37,963 nt of DNA, taken from positions 1 through 37,963 of IMG/VR virus record IMGVR_UViG_3300029506_000018. The stretch is one strand, 5' to 3'. The notes under the pieces are model-generated. The model did no database searches and was not told the origin of the DNA. It saw only the letters and a list, made by a program, of their open reading frames with translations. Of this stretch, positions 24,342 through 33,168 are shown piece after piece. The translations under genes were made by a program, and so were the position numbers. The DNA is from a virus. Position 1 is the stretch's first letter; each line of letters begins with the position of its first letter.

Positions 24342-24498
24342 CTTCTTTTCCTCGTTCCTCTGTGTCCGAATCGGACACCGCTTCAATCAGCCCCATTCTG
24401 ATTAGATCATTTACTGTAGCTTCATCGTTACAGTCTTTCACTTCATCCTTCTGCATGTTAAGTGAGCCCCTGAACGTCTGTAGCGCTCGTATCTTCAT
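24331..24498 (-). CDS. Small hypothetical head-tail module protein
   Basis: MKIRALQTFRGSLNMQKDEVKDCNDEATVNDLIRMGLIEAV... follows GGTGGAAG. It contains palindrome copy 1. Confidence 0.45.
   Translation of the reverse strand: MKIRALQTFRGSLNMQKDEVKDCNDEATVNDLIRMGLIEAVSDSDTEERGKEDVG
24362..24378. repeat. 17-bp perfect palindrome GTGTCCGAATCGGACAC, copy 1 (19-mer 24361-24379 identical to 35240-35258)
   Basis: Read directly. Confidence 0.9.
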
Positions 24499-24820
24499 CT
24501 TCTTCCACCGCCTCTGCATGTAAGATCAGAAATCTATCTGCTTCTTCTTCATTTTCGATCGAATTAATACAGTACATCTTGTCCCTGTACTTAATTTTCA
24601 TCGTCTTATCTAATCCTTTTCGATACCTGATCGTGAACTGCATTTCTTCTGTCGCTTCGTTCTTCAGGATCTTGATTGATTCTGTCGATCGTGCTAGTCG
24701 GACCTTTGCCCATACCCTTGCAATCATTTTTTCTTTTCTGATTTCTTGTCCAAGATCATCTTTTTCGAAGTCAAATCCGTAGATTTCTATCTTTTTATTC
24801 ATGTCTCCGATGTTAATCAT
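24458..24820 (-). CDS. Head closure / head-tail adaptor protein (SPP1 gp16-like family)
   Basis: IARVWAKV...FTIRYRKGLDKTMKIKYRDKMYCINSI pattern. Confidence 0.7.
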   Translation of the reverse strand: MINIGDMNKKIEIYGFDFEKDDLGQEIRKEKMIARVWAKVRLARSTESIKILKNEATEEMQFTIRYRKGLDKTMKIKYRDKMYCINSIENEEEADRFLILHAEAVEEDEDTSATDVQGLT

Positions 24821-25112
24821 CTTCATCCTCCGAATAGTTTTCTAATTGCATTTGCAGCAAGATCGTCCTTGCGATGTATGATATTCTCTCATTGTTCTTT
24901 GTTTCCAGGATTGATCGGTTATCATACAGCTGTTGCATAATCAAAAACAGTGCAAGCTTCATTCTTGCACTGTTTTCATCAAATTTACCAACTGCTGCCA
25001 CTACCGTCTCGCATGCTGCATCAAACGCGAGATTGAATACCACATCATCTTCTTCTACCTTCAGATACTCACTTGCTTCTTCTAAGAGCTGTGAGCGTAC
25101 ATCAGCATCCAT
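24813..25112 (-). CDS. gp6-like head-tail connector protein
   Basis: 99 aa immediately after the capsid gene; the pattern LKVEEDD...LIMQQLYDNR matches this family. Confidence 0.7.
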   Translation of the reverse strand: MDADVRSQLLEEASEYLKVEEDDVVFNLAFDAACETVVAAVGKFDENSARMKLALFLIMQQLYDNRSILETKNNERISYIARTILLQMQLENYSEDEDD

Positions 25113-26420
25113 TTATTTTCCTTTCTTCTGTTCAGCAATGAATTCACTAATAATTTCATCTTTCTTTGTCTTTGTAATTGTGTAACTCTTAGTTGTTGCA
25201 AGCTGTTTAATTTCGTCTACAGTCATTGCTTCCAGTTCTGATCTTCTGTATTTCTTTGTTGGTTCTGAAATCTGATCCGCTGGAATCTCTGCTTTGAACA
25301 CTGCCATGTCATCAACAATCTCGCAATCTAAACGCTCACGCACTTTAATTCCTGTTTGATCTTTCTTCCATAAATCTCCTGCTTCTGTAGAAATTCCGAT
25401 TGTAAGCAGTTCTCGATCAAATAATGTGATTGCTTCTTCAAAATTTCCACAATAAATTGGTACCTTTCCATCCGCACTTTTTTTAATTGTTTTGTTAGAT
25501 ACAACTGTTACCGGATATGTTCCAAACAGTAATCTTTTAGATGTGTTCGTCACATCTTTTTGTAAAATATAGTTTCCATCTTTATCTTTCAATTTATCTA
25601 ACCAGTTAAATCCACTCTGATTTGTTAATACTTTTGCCCCTGCTACTAATGCTGGGTCTAATTCGACGTTAAAAATATTTTTCAGATCGTCAACGGATGT
25701 TGCTTCAATCTCAAAGCCTTCTGTCATTTCATTTAATTTTTTTATAATCAGTGCATTTCTTGTCGCTTTTACTTTTTTCGCAATCCAATTCGTTAAATAT
25801 GAGATGATATTTTCATCAGAATCTTGCAGCAATTCATATGTTGATTTTAAGATTCCTCCGAATTTTTTTATTACATAATCTACTTTTCTCATAACCGGAG
25901 TATCTACTTCTGGAAATTCACTTTCTTCTTCAACCGTATCAAATGGTACTGAATCCGCATTTACTTCATATACGCGGCTTCCTTTGACTTTTGTTGTTTT
26001 TTCTCTTCTTACTAGCATTTCTAACGCATCTTCTGAACGTCTTAATGTTTTAATCGTTGTCGAGATATCCGCTGGTACTGTTAATCCTCCTTCTTCGTCA
26101 GAACCCTCTTTCATCGTATTCAGTACTTCCATATCTTCCTTAGCAATTGGCTTCTTTTTAAATCCAGCCCTCAAGGCGTTAACAAGTGCAGATACGACGT
26201 TTTTCTTACCTTTTACTTCATTTACTCTTCCTGCTGCTGCCTGGTTCTTTACATCATCATCTTCTTCCTGTTCCATCTCATCCAGAAGATCATACTTCTC
26301 CTGAAGGTCCTTCATTTCTTTTCTTGCTTTTTTCGCATCTTCCAAATTGTCCTGAGCAATCAGGTTCTTAATTTCTTCTTTCTTCTGTGTAATTTTTGCT
26401 GCAATTTCTCTCTTATCCAT
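25113..26420 (-). CDS. HK97-family major capsid protein with N-terminal delta/scaffold region and a C-terminal HeH/Rho_N-like extension
   Basis: N-terminal coiled coil, a GGLTVPADIS motif, and the tail ELEAMTVDEIKQLATTKSYTITKTKKDEIISEFI. Confidence 0.85.
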   Translation of the reverse strand: MDKREIAAKITQKKEEIKNLIAQDNLEDAKKARKEMKDLQEKYDLLDEMEQEEDDDVKNQAAAGRVNEVKGKKNVVSALVNALRAGFKKKPIAKEDMEVLNTMKEGSDEEGGLTVPADISTTIKTLRRSEDALEMLVRREKTTKVKGSRVYEVNADSVPFDTVEEESEFPEVDTPVMRKVDYVIKKFGGILKSTYELLQDSDENIISYLTNWIAKKVKATRNALIIKKLNEMTEGFEIEATSVDDLKNIFNVELDPALVAGAKVLTNQSGFNWLDKLKDKDGNYILQKDVTNTSKRLLFGTYPVTVVSNKTIKKSADGKVPIYCGNFEEAITLFDRELLTIGISTEAGDLWKKDQTGIKVRERLDCEIVDDMAVFKAEIPADQISEPTKKYRRSELEAMTVDEIKQLATTKSYTITKTKKDEIISEFIAEQKKGK

Positions 26421-27258
26421 TCTGTTTCCTTTCTCCGTACTTGTCTAAGCTTTCTAATAGTTCTTTCTTCTCTTTTTCCCTCGCTTGGTACTCGCTAAAA
26501 GATTCGTTAAAAATTTCTTTTATATCCTGTCTGCTTAAAGGCTTCTGCTTGTCCTTTTTCTGAGCATTTTTCCCTTTTTCTGTCAGATTAGCTGGAACAT
26601 TTTTGTAACAAAAAAACATGGAACTTCCAGCACATGCGACTGCATCGTTTGCTTCTTCGACTTTTATGTCGAATAACTCTGCTGCCTCTTCGCCGGTTAA
26701 CCATGTTTCGTCATTTACTTTTTGTTCAATTTCTTCTTTGTCTACTTTTGCTTTCGTCATATAGGTCTGCATGATCGCTTCCTGGCAAGTATCCAGAGAT
26801 TCTGCATCCTTTCGTAGATCATCCGCATTTTTTGTTGTAAAAAAATAGCTTGCCGATGGCTTATGAATCATGACTGTTGCATTTTTAGGCATTACGATCT
26901 CATCTCCTGCCATCATAATTACGGATGCAATACTTGCTGCTAATCCGTCAACATACACTGTCTTGTGTGCATTGTTGTGGCGCAGCATGTTGTAGATCGC
27001 GATACCGCCAAACACGGAGCCGCCGCCAGAATTGATATGGATGTTTATGTTTTCAGTTCCGTCTAACTGATCAAGGAATTCTTTCACATCTCCCGGTGCC
27101 ATATCCTCTTCATAGCATTCGCTCTGCCATGTTTCGCTTACAATGTCGCCATAAAAAAACAGATCCGCTGAGGAATCTGTCTGGTTCTTGATCGTCATGG
27201 ATCCACAGATTTTTCTGTTTCCATCACGATCTTTGTTATAAAATTTTAATTCTTTCAA
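26413..27258 (-). CDS. ClpP-family head maturation protease
   Basis: INSGGGSVFGGIAIYNML...GLAASIASVIMMAGD...MIHKP. Confidence 0.85.
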   Translation of the reverse strand: MKELKFYNKDRDGNRKICGSMTIKNQTDSSADLFFYGDIVSETWQSECYEEDMAPGDVKEFLDQLDGTENINIHINSGGGSVFGGIAIYNMLRHNNAHKTVYVDGLAASIASVIMMAGDEIVMPKNATVMIHKPSASYFFTTKNADDLRKDAESLDTCQEAIMQTYMTKAKVDKEEIEQKVNDETWLTGEEAAELFDIKVEEANDAVACAGSSMFFCYKNVPANLTEKGKNAQKKDKQKPLSRQDIKEIFNESFSEYQAREKEKKELLESLDKYGERKQNG

Positions 27259-28502
27259 GCACTCGTTTCTCCTTTCTTATATTGTTCTCCAGCCATTTTA
27301 ACCGGAATAAAGTTTCCATTCATTAAAAGTACATCTCCATCTGGATCTCTTGGTAGATCTAATAGTTCACGTGCTTCATTTACCTTACGCATTCCGTTCT
27401 GAACTCCCTGAGCAAGTATTTCCATCTGCGTCTTAGAATCCGTCCTCAGAATCGCTTTTTCGTTAAATTTACAGCTTTTTTCTGTTCCTATGTACAATTT
27501 ATATGTTAATTCCTCTTCATACTGTTTCAGAGGGAATAACATAGTATCAACCAAGAAAGATAACTGCTGCATTTCGCTGTTTGCATAGGATGACTTTTCA
27601 TAATCATTAATCTGATTCGGCTTAACTCCAAACGCTCCGGCGATCTGCAAGGCTGAATACTTCTTTAATTCAAAAAACTGTGCATCTGTCAGCTTGTAAT
27701 TCAACGGTTGCAGTTGCATTCCTGCTGGTACTGGCACAATCTTTCCGGCATTCTTTGGGCCAGAAAGATACTTGTCATACTTCTTTTGTAACAGTTTGAT
27801 TCTTGAATCATCAATCTCTCCTGCATACTGTAACGCCATCGATGCTGTCATTCCGCCTTTATACAGATTCGACATGTACTGTTGACTCTGTGACGCTCCT
27901 TCTACCACATACCCAAGCATATCTCGCACTGGAATTCCTGTTAATCCGTCCAGTGTCATCGATGTTTTAAGATGCATCACGTCCATTTCTGGAAATACAT
28001 ACATTTCTCCGTCCAGCGGATCTGTGTACTGATAGTAGATTTTGCCCTGTCCACCGAATATGCCTGTATTATCATAGATCGGAGTCACGCAATCCGATTG
28101 CATGATCCAGAGCCCTATATTTTCACTACCATTCCTGGAAATCTTCCTTTGAATCCATACGTAACCATTTCCAAAATGATTTCTATTGTTTTCTACTGTT
28201 GCGAAGAAAATAGACGGCGTCATATGCGGATTTGGTCTTCCATTCAACAATTTCGAAGTGCTATCCGGATCTGCACGGACTTTCCCCTGTTTTTTTTTCC
28301 ATTCGTACACCTTAATCGGCAGTTTTCCCATTGTTTCCGATAAGATTTTCATGCAAGTGTAGTATGTTACTTCTCGCAATTCACTTTTGTTCCTGTAGCC
28401 AATTCCAAGCCATTCTGCAAAATCTTCTTCCGTCATTCCTTTTGTTGGGGAGCCTCGGAACCGATTTATAATTTTATCCATAATGTTTCTCGCTATTCCC
28501 AT
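27255..28502 (-). CDS. Portal protein (HK97 family)
   Basis: 415 aa between TerL and the protease. Confidence 0.85.
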   Translation of the reverse strand: MGIARNIMDKIINRFRGSPTKGMTEEDFAEWLGIGYRNKSELREVTYYTCMKILSETMGKLPIKVYEWKKKQGKVRADPDSTSKLLNGRPNPHMTPSIFFATVENNRNHFGNGYVWIQRKISRNGSENIGLWIMQSDCVTPIYDNTGIFGGQGKIYYQYTDPLDGEMYVFPEMDVMHLKTSMTLDGLTGIPVRDMLGYVVEGASQSQQYMSNLYKGGMTASMALQYAGEIDDSRIKLLQKKYDKYLSGPKNAGKIVPVPAGMQLQPLNYKLTDAQFFELKKYSALQIAGAFGVKPNQINDYEKSSYANSEMQQLSFLVDTMLFPLKQYEEELTYKLYIGTEKSCKFNEKAILRTDSKTQMEILAQGVQNGMRKVNEARELLDLPRDPDGDVLLMNGNFIPVKMAGEQYKKGETSA

Positions 28503-28512
28503 TTATCACTAC

Positions 28513-30246
28513 CTACCATTCATTTTCTAAGAATTTATCTAACGCTTCTTCTCTCGGATTTATAAAAATATGATATCTCGCCAATTTGTAAGCACATAAC
28601 GTCGCATCTACTGGATCAATCTTCTTTGCTGTTGCATCCTTGTCAATTTTGATCAAGCCATTGTTTTTCTTAATTACTGCATTACTCATAGCGTAATTTA
28701 AGACCGGATTATATAAATAACAAACATTACCCATAAGCACTTCTTCTCTGAATCCTTCCGTCGACTCATTCAATGATTTATGACTTTGGAAAACTTCTTC
28801 TACAATGTATCCTTCATCGCTTAAATCAATCATAAGTTTACTTGCATTCGCCGGATCAAAGCATAGTGTTTGGATATCCAGTTCTTTCTCCTTGCAAAAG
28901 TCAAGAACATAGTCCATAACTACGTTCTGATCAACAATTTCGCTATTTGTCATTGTTATGAACCCTTGTCTTTCCCATGCGTCATATGGGACCTTATCTT
29001 TAAATACCCTTTCCATCATTTTTTCTTGATTTGGGATAAAAGAATGTGATAATACAATGTATTCTGTTCGCTCTCTTCCTTTTTTATCAAAGTTCCCATT
29101 TCTGTATGGAATTACAAAAGCTACTGACGTTAAGTCAATCTTGGAAGACATATCAAATCCGACGTAAACTGGTTTTCCTTTTATGCTAATTGGAAGATTT
29201 TTCACTTCGCATTTCTTCCATTTTTCCATATTCATATAGCCATTTTCTTTCTGTTGTACCCATACATTCAGCATTTTTGTTAAAAAGGCTATCATTTTTT
29301 CTGGAATTACCTTTGCGATCTCGTAATCTCCACGGATTTTTTCTCGTCCGGCCGAATATGACATTCTGATCGGATTCGCTTTCTTCCAGTTTTCTTCGTC
29401 GCCGATATCGTCTCCTGGATCAATCTCCATAATGTCTATCAAATATGTATCATTTTCAACGTCGATATTAGAATCTAACACCTTGCTGCAATAATCGTAT
29501 TCCTGCGTGTAACAAGGATACGTCAGATCCATTCCTGCTGTTGTGATGATCATCAATAACGATTCTTTTGTATTCGATCCAAGGCCGAGATCAAGAAACT
29601 CTGTTGTTTTGTGCTGATGGTACTCGTCTACGATCAATCCAGCTGGGTTGGTTCCGTCTCCAGTCTTTCCGTCTTCTTTTGACAGTGCTTTTATGTAGCT
29701 TCCTGTTTTTACATGTGTGATCGCATTATTCGTAAGTTTGAACTTCTTCTTTAATGGCGATCCGTTCAACATCAGTTTTGCCTCTTCAAATACAATCTTA
29801 GACTGATCTCGTTTCACACCTGCTGTATAGTATTCATAGACTTCTTTATTTTTTGTTGCCTGCACAGAAATTTCATACAATGCAACACCTGCTTCTTCCT
29901 GACTCTTTGCATTTTTTCTTGCAACTTCGACGAAACTTTTCTTGAACCGCTTATACCCATCCTCTTTTCTTCTCCATCCATAGAGTTGACACAAATGAAA
30001 CTGCTGCCATTCCGTCAGCTTTATTGGTTTCCCTGCCAACACTCCCTTTGAATGTCTCAGGAAGCTGAACCATTTGATTATCTTTTGTGCTTCCTGGTCG
30101 TCCCAGTAAAAAGAGGCTTCTCCACTGTCTTCCCTTTTCACATCTCTCAAAAATCTGCTGCATGCCTGCTTGTGCTTCTTGCAAGAGATTATTTTTCCAC
30201 TGATACAGTCAGTTGCATATCTGATCAGCCTGTTCTTGACTGTCAT
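28513..30246 (-). CDS. terL: Terminase large subunit
   Basis: 577 aa. Walker B-like LIVDEYHQH and a C-terminal nuclease region. Confidence 0.9.
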   Translation of the reverse strand: MTVKNRLIRYATDCISGKIISCKKHKQACSRFLRDVKREDSGEASFYWDDQEAQKIIKWFSFLRHSKGVLAGKPIKLTEWQQFHLCQLYGWRRKEDGYKRFKKSFVEVARKNAKSQEEAGVALYEISVQATKNKEVYEYYTAGVKRDQSKIVFEEAKLMLNGSPLKKKFKLTNNAITHVKTGSYIKALSKEDGKTGDGTNPAGLIVDEYHQHKTTEFLDLGLGSNTKESLLMIITTAGMDLTYPCYTQEYDYCSKVLDSNIDVENDTYLIDIMEIDPGDDIGDEENWKKANPIRMSYSAGREKIRGDYEIAKVIPEKMIAFLTKMLNVWVQQKENGYMNMEKWKKCEVKNLPISIKGKPVYVGFDMSSKIDLTSVAFVIPYRNGNFDKKGRERTEYIVLSHSFIPNQEKMMERVFKDKVPYDAWERQGFITMTNSEIVDQNVVMDYVLDFCKEKELDIQTLCFDPANASKLMIDLSDEGYIVEEVFQSHKSLNESTEGFREEVLMGNVCYLYNPVLNYAMSNAVIKKNNGLIKIDKDATAKKIDPVDATLCAYKLARYHIFINPREEALDKFLENEW

Positions 30247-30731
30247 ATGTCACCAAATTCATCATTAATCTCACTATCAATTCCCTCTCTTGCAATTGTT
30301 GCTGCTTTCAGCCTTGAATCTATTGTAAGTCCGCACATTGATGCAAACTTACGCATCTCCTCTGAATACATTTTTTGCAGATCACACAACGGATTTTTAA
30401 CCAAAATTTCGCCGTTTTGAGTCGGTTTTATGATCACTTTCTTCTCTTTTTTGAGCTGTTTTGTTACCGAAATATAGTAAGAAAATGCGTTACAATAGCA
30501 TCCCAGGTTGTTTACATCTAGGTTACCGATCACATCTATTTCCATTTTTTCAAACTCTTTTACAAGTCGTTTAAATTCATTTTTTGCTATCGCATCAATC
30601 AGCCAAGTTGGCGGTTTTGCTAGGCTTTCCTTGCCTGTCTGTACAAGTCGTTCTTCCAGTTTTTTGTCTTCCTGTTGTGCAACTGTCAGATTCCCTTTTT
30701 GTGTTGCAAGTGGCTTTCGTTTTCGTGGCAT
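30243..30731 (-). CDS. terS: Terminase small subunit (P27 family)
   Basis: 162 aa with an ATGA overlap with terL. The N-terminus RKRKPLATQKGNLT is typical of the P27 family. Confidence 0.8.
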   Translation of the reverse strand: MPRKRKPLATQKGNLTVAQQEDKKLEERLVQTGKESLAKPPTWLIDAIAKNEFKRLVKEFEKMEIDVIGNLDVNNLGCYCNAFSYYISVTKQLKKEKKVIIKPTQNGEILVKNPLCDLQKMYSEEMRKFASMCGLTIDSRLKAATIAREGIDSEINDEFGDI

Positions 30732-30812
30732 TTTCTCACTCCTTCCATTTTTCAGATTTTATATTTAGAATTTTGCGAAAAGAAATCTAGGGCGTGCGGT
30801 CTATAGGAATGA

Positions 30813-31280
30813 TCAAAACAATTTGACCACCCCTCCCACCTTTGAATTTTCCTTTTTCTTCCATTTCTCTTTGTATCCAAGAAGCAAACGGATGATCTCT
30901 TCTTCTCTTCCTTCTCTCATCGCTTTATGCACTATGCCGTGACTCTTGTCGCTTAACGCTATAAGATTTCCTCTGTCTAGTCTCTTCGCATAGTCTGTCG
31001 ATATCGGAACAATGTGGTGAACCATTGTCGCTGGTATGAACTTGCCATCGTGATAGTATGCGTAGAGATCTATGTACATGTAATGTGTGAGTACATCTTC
31101 CTTTGTCAATCTCCAAGCTTTTGTCTTGTAGAATGCAGCGCGTGTCTTGTTCCTTCTGTGCTGATCGTAGTCCTTATCTCGTTCCTTCTTCTGCTGCCGT
31201 CTGATCTGCTTAATGCATTCACATGTTGTACCGGATGGAATTCTTTTCCCACATTTGCTGCATCGTTTATAAATTGGCAT
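30813..31280 (-). CDS. HNH endonuclease (packaging-associated)
   Basis: CSKCG...C zinc motif plus HHIVPI...N...H. It sits next to terS, as in cos-type HK97-like phages. Confidence 0.8.
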   Translation of the reverse strand: MPIYKRCSKCGKRIPSGTTCECIKQIRRQQKKERDKDYDQHRRNKTRAAFYKTKAWRLTKEDVLTHYMYIDLYAYYHDGKFIPATMVHHIVPISTDYAKRLDRGNLIALSDKSHGIVHKAMREGREEEIIRLLLGYKEKWKKKENSKVGGVVKLF

Positions 31281-31298
31281 TGTATCACTTCCTTCTAC

Positions 31299-31372
31299 TG
31301 GACCTCCAGGGTCTCGAACCCTGGACCGATCGGTTATGAGCCGACTGCTCTGACCAACTGAGCTAGAGGTCC
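31299..31372 (-). tRNA. tRNA with CAU anticodon (elongator Met, or lysidine-modified Ile2 reading AUA)
   Basis: A 74-nt cloverleaf folded by hand: acceptor GGACCTC/GAGGTCC, D stem GCTC/GAGC, anticodon stem GTCGG/CCGAT, loop CTCATAA, T arm CAGGG-TTCGAGA-CCCTG. No encoded CCA. It lacks the initiator features (1:72 mismatch, GGG/CCC anticodon stem). Confidence 0.9.
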
Positions 31373-31510
31373 ATATAATAATAAAAAGGAAACAAGATCT
31401 GCTGCCGTATGGCTTACATTCTCGTTCCCTTTTTTATTCATGCTACTATAATATCACTTTAAATTGTATGTGAGTCCCTCTCTTTCCTTTATTTTCTTTA
31501 ATTTACATTT

Positions 31511-31924
31511 TTAGTCGTCCAACTTTTTAGATAGGATGTAGTAGAACTTTCTTCGCTTTTCATAGAAGTAGTTCCTTCCGGCTGGTATATTCATCACTGT
31601 TTTCAGGTACTTATATGTTATTCCTTCTTCTGTTACTGCTTTGAGTATGTACTTGTACAGCTGCTGATCTGCTTGCTTCGCTGACTCTTCTATCATCTTG
31701 CAGTTCTTCTTTGCCCATGCTCTTTTGATTGCCAATTCCTCTGTTACACTCTTTGTTACTCCAGATCCTGTCGTATCTCCAAATTTTGGACTACCAACAG
31801 TATTTGTTTTGTATCTAAGAATGTCCTTAAATTCTTTGTATCTCATTGCAAAATGATACGCTTGATAAAACGCGTGATTGCTTATGTCCCATTTCTTTTC
31901 TGATACCGGTCTTATATTCTGCAT
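31511..31924 (-). CDS. Putative late-gene transcriptional activator (RinA/ArpU/sigma-region-4-like)
   Basis: Last gene before the packaging module. The C-terminus ITYKYLKTVMNIPAGRNYFYEKRRKFYYILSKKL looks like an HTH. Start MQNIRP follows GGAGGAGA. Confidence 0.45.
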   Translation of the reverse strand: MQNIRPVSEKKWDISNHAFYQAYHFAMRYKEFKDILRYKTNTVGSPKFGDTTGSGVTKSVTEELAIKRAWAKKNCKMIEESAKQADQQLYKYILKAVTEEGITYKYLKTVMNIPAGRNYFYEKRRKFYYILSKKLDD

Positions 31925-32172
31925 CCTATCTCCTCCAGTCGACGATCTGCTACCTTTTCCGTCCAAATTTTTTTATTCATCGCTTTTCGCCTGTAATATT
32001 TTAGTTTCGTTTCCGAATAGAATTTATTCTTATCTTCTTTCTTCTTTTCTCTTATCGCCTGCATGCTTAGTTTCCATGCAACAAACTCTGTACACTTTCT
32101 TCTGCATTCGACTCGCTTTTCTCTTTCTCCTCCGTGATCGCATTTAAGGCACGGACAATCTTGCTGTCCCAT
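31912..32172 (-). CDS. Small Cys-rich protein
   Basis: MGQQDCPCLKCDHGG...CRRKCTEFVAWK after an AAAGGAG RBS. Confidence 0.5.
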   Translation of the reverse strand: MGQQDCPCLKCDHGGEREKRVECRRKCTEFVAWKLSMQAIREKKKEDKNKFYSETKLKYYRRKAMNKKIWTEKVADRRLEEIGCRI

Positions 32173-32435
32173 TTTGTATCACTCCTTTTATCCAATTCTT
32201 CCGGTTTCTTCTCTTTCTCTTGCATTTCTATTTTTTGCTCTATTATCGTCATTTTTTCCCATACATTATCTATTTCTTGTTTTGTTAATGCTGTTCCAAC
32301 CGAAACTGCCATTAATACCGTTAATATTAAAAATTTTAAGCTTTGGTATGTATTCTTTTTGTAATCATTATAAAAATGTATTCCTGCATCTATTACCATT
32401 ACTGTAATAAGCGCCTTAATTAATAAATCGTTCAT
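32067..32435 (-). CDS. Small membrane protein (2 predicted transmembrane helices)
   Basis: The start MNDLLIKALITVMVIDAGI follows GGAGA. Its 3' end overlaps the next gene by 106 nt. Confidence 0.5.
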   Translation of the reverse strand: MNDLLIKALITVMVIDAGIHFYNDYKKNTYQSLKFLILTVLMAVSVGTALTKQEIDNVWEKMTIIEQKIEMQEKEKKPEELDKRSDTKWDSKIVRALNAITEEKEKSESNAEESVQSLLHGN

Positions 32436-32443
32436 TTTGTCTC

Positions 32444-32749
32444 CTAACATTCGATCTTAATTTTGCTCATTTTCCTTATCTTGTCATAAGCTTCATTTGC
32501 CAGCTTATTAACGTTATCCATATCTTTCATAAGCCTGTCCAATTCTTCACGTTCCACGGATACCCTAATTTTTACTTGATTTTCTTTGTTTCCGCGTACA
32601 GTCGGAACTCCTAGCATCCGAAGTGGTCCGCCTCCACATTGCGAACAGCTTTCTCCGTCTCTCCATTTCCTGAAATACACATGTATTCTTCCGCAATTTG
32701 CACACTGTACAACCAAGCATTCATTTTCTTCATCATTCCTCTTGTTCAT
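32444..32749 (-). CDS. Zinc-ribbon protein, function unknown
   Basis: CANCG...CSQCGG cysteine pairs. AGGAGGG RBS. Confidence 0.6.
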   Translation of the reverse strand: MNKRNDEENECLVVQCANCGRIHVYFRKWRDGESCSQCGGGPLRMLGVPTVRGNKENQVKIRVSVEREELDRLMKDMDNVNKLANEAYDKIRKMSKIKIEC

Positions 32750-32758
32750 TTTTCCCTC

Positions 32759-33139
32759 CTATAATTTGTTCAGTGGACATCTATCGCATATATCTTTACA
32801 TTCCTGATTAAGATTCGGAATCATTTTGGTATATATACAATATTCATCACATATCTCCTGCTTTACTTCTTCTATGATGTCAGTTACCGTTTTGCTTTTC
32901 TCGCTATCTTCTTTTGCAGCTCCTGTAATTTCGGCAATAGTTCTTTGATGTTCCTTTACAACATCTTCTCCTACTCTGGTTTTATAACCAATCATCATAT
33001 CGTAAAATCTGTTGAGCTTTTTATCGTTCATTCCGTCAAACTCGCAATCAAACGCGAAATCGTCGAGTTCGCATTCATCACAGCCATCTTGCATATTGCA
33101 AAAGTCACGTAGTTCGTATATCTTTTCTTCTCTTGTCAT
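32759..33139 (-). CDS. Cys-rich hypothetical protein
   Basis: 126 aa. AGGAGGG RBS. Confidence 0.65.
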   Translation of the reverse strand: MTREEKIYELRDFCNMQDGCDECELDDFAFDCEFDGMNDKKLNRFYDMMIGYKTRVGEDVVKEHQRTIAEITGAAKEDSEKSKTVTDIIEEVKQEICDEYCIYTKMIPNLNQECKDICDRCPLNKL

Positions 33140-33168
33140 AACTCATCCCTCCTATATGTAATTCAGTC

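Noticed and set aside
24342-24386. N-terminal extension MKRCPIRTQRNEEKK of ORF 23871-24386, and the long N-terminus of ORF 35236-35820 (shared CPIRTQ peptide)
   Set aside because: The shared peptide is a translation artefact of the repeated 17-bp palindrome. The RBS-supported starts are at 24341 and 35685.
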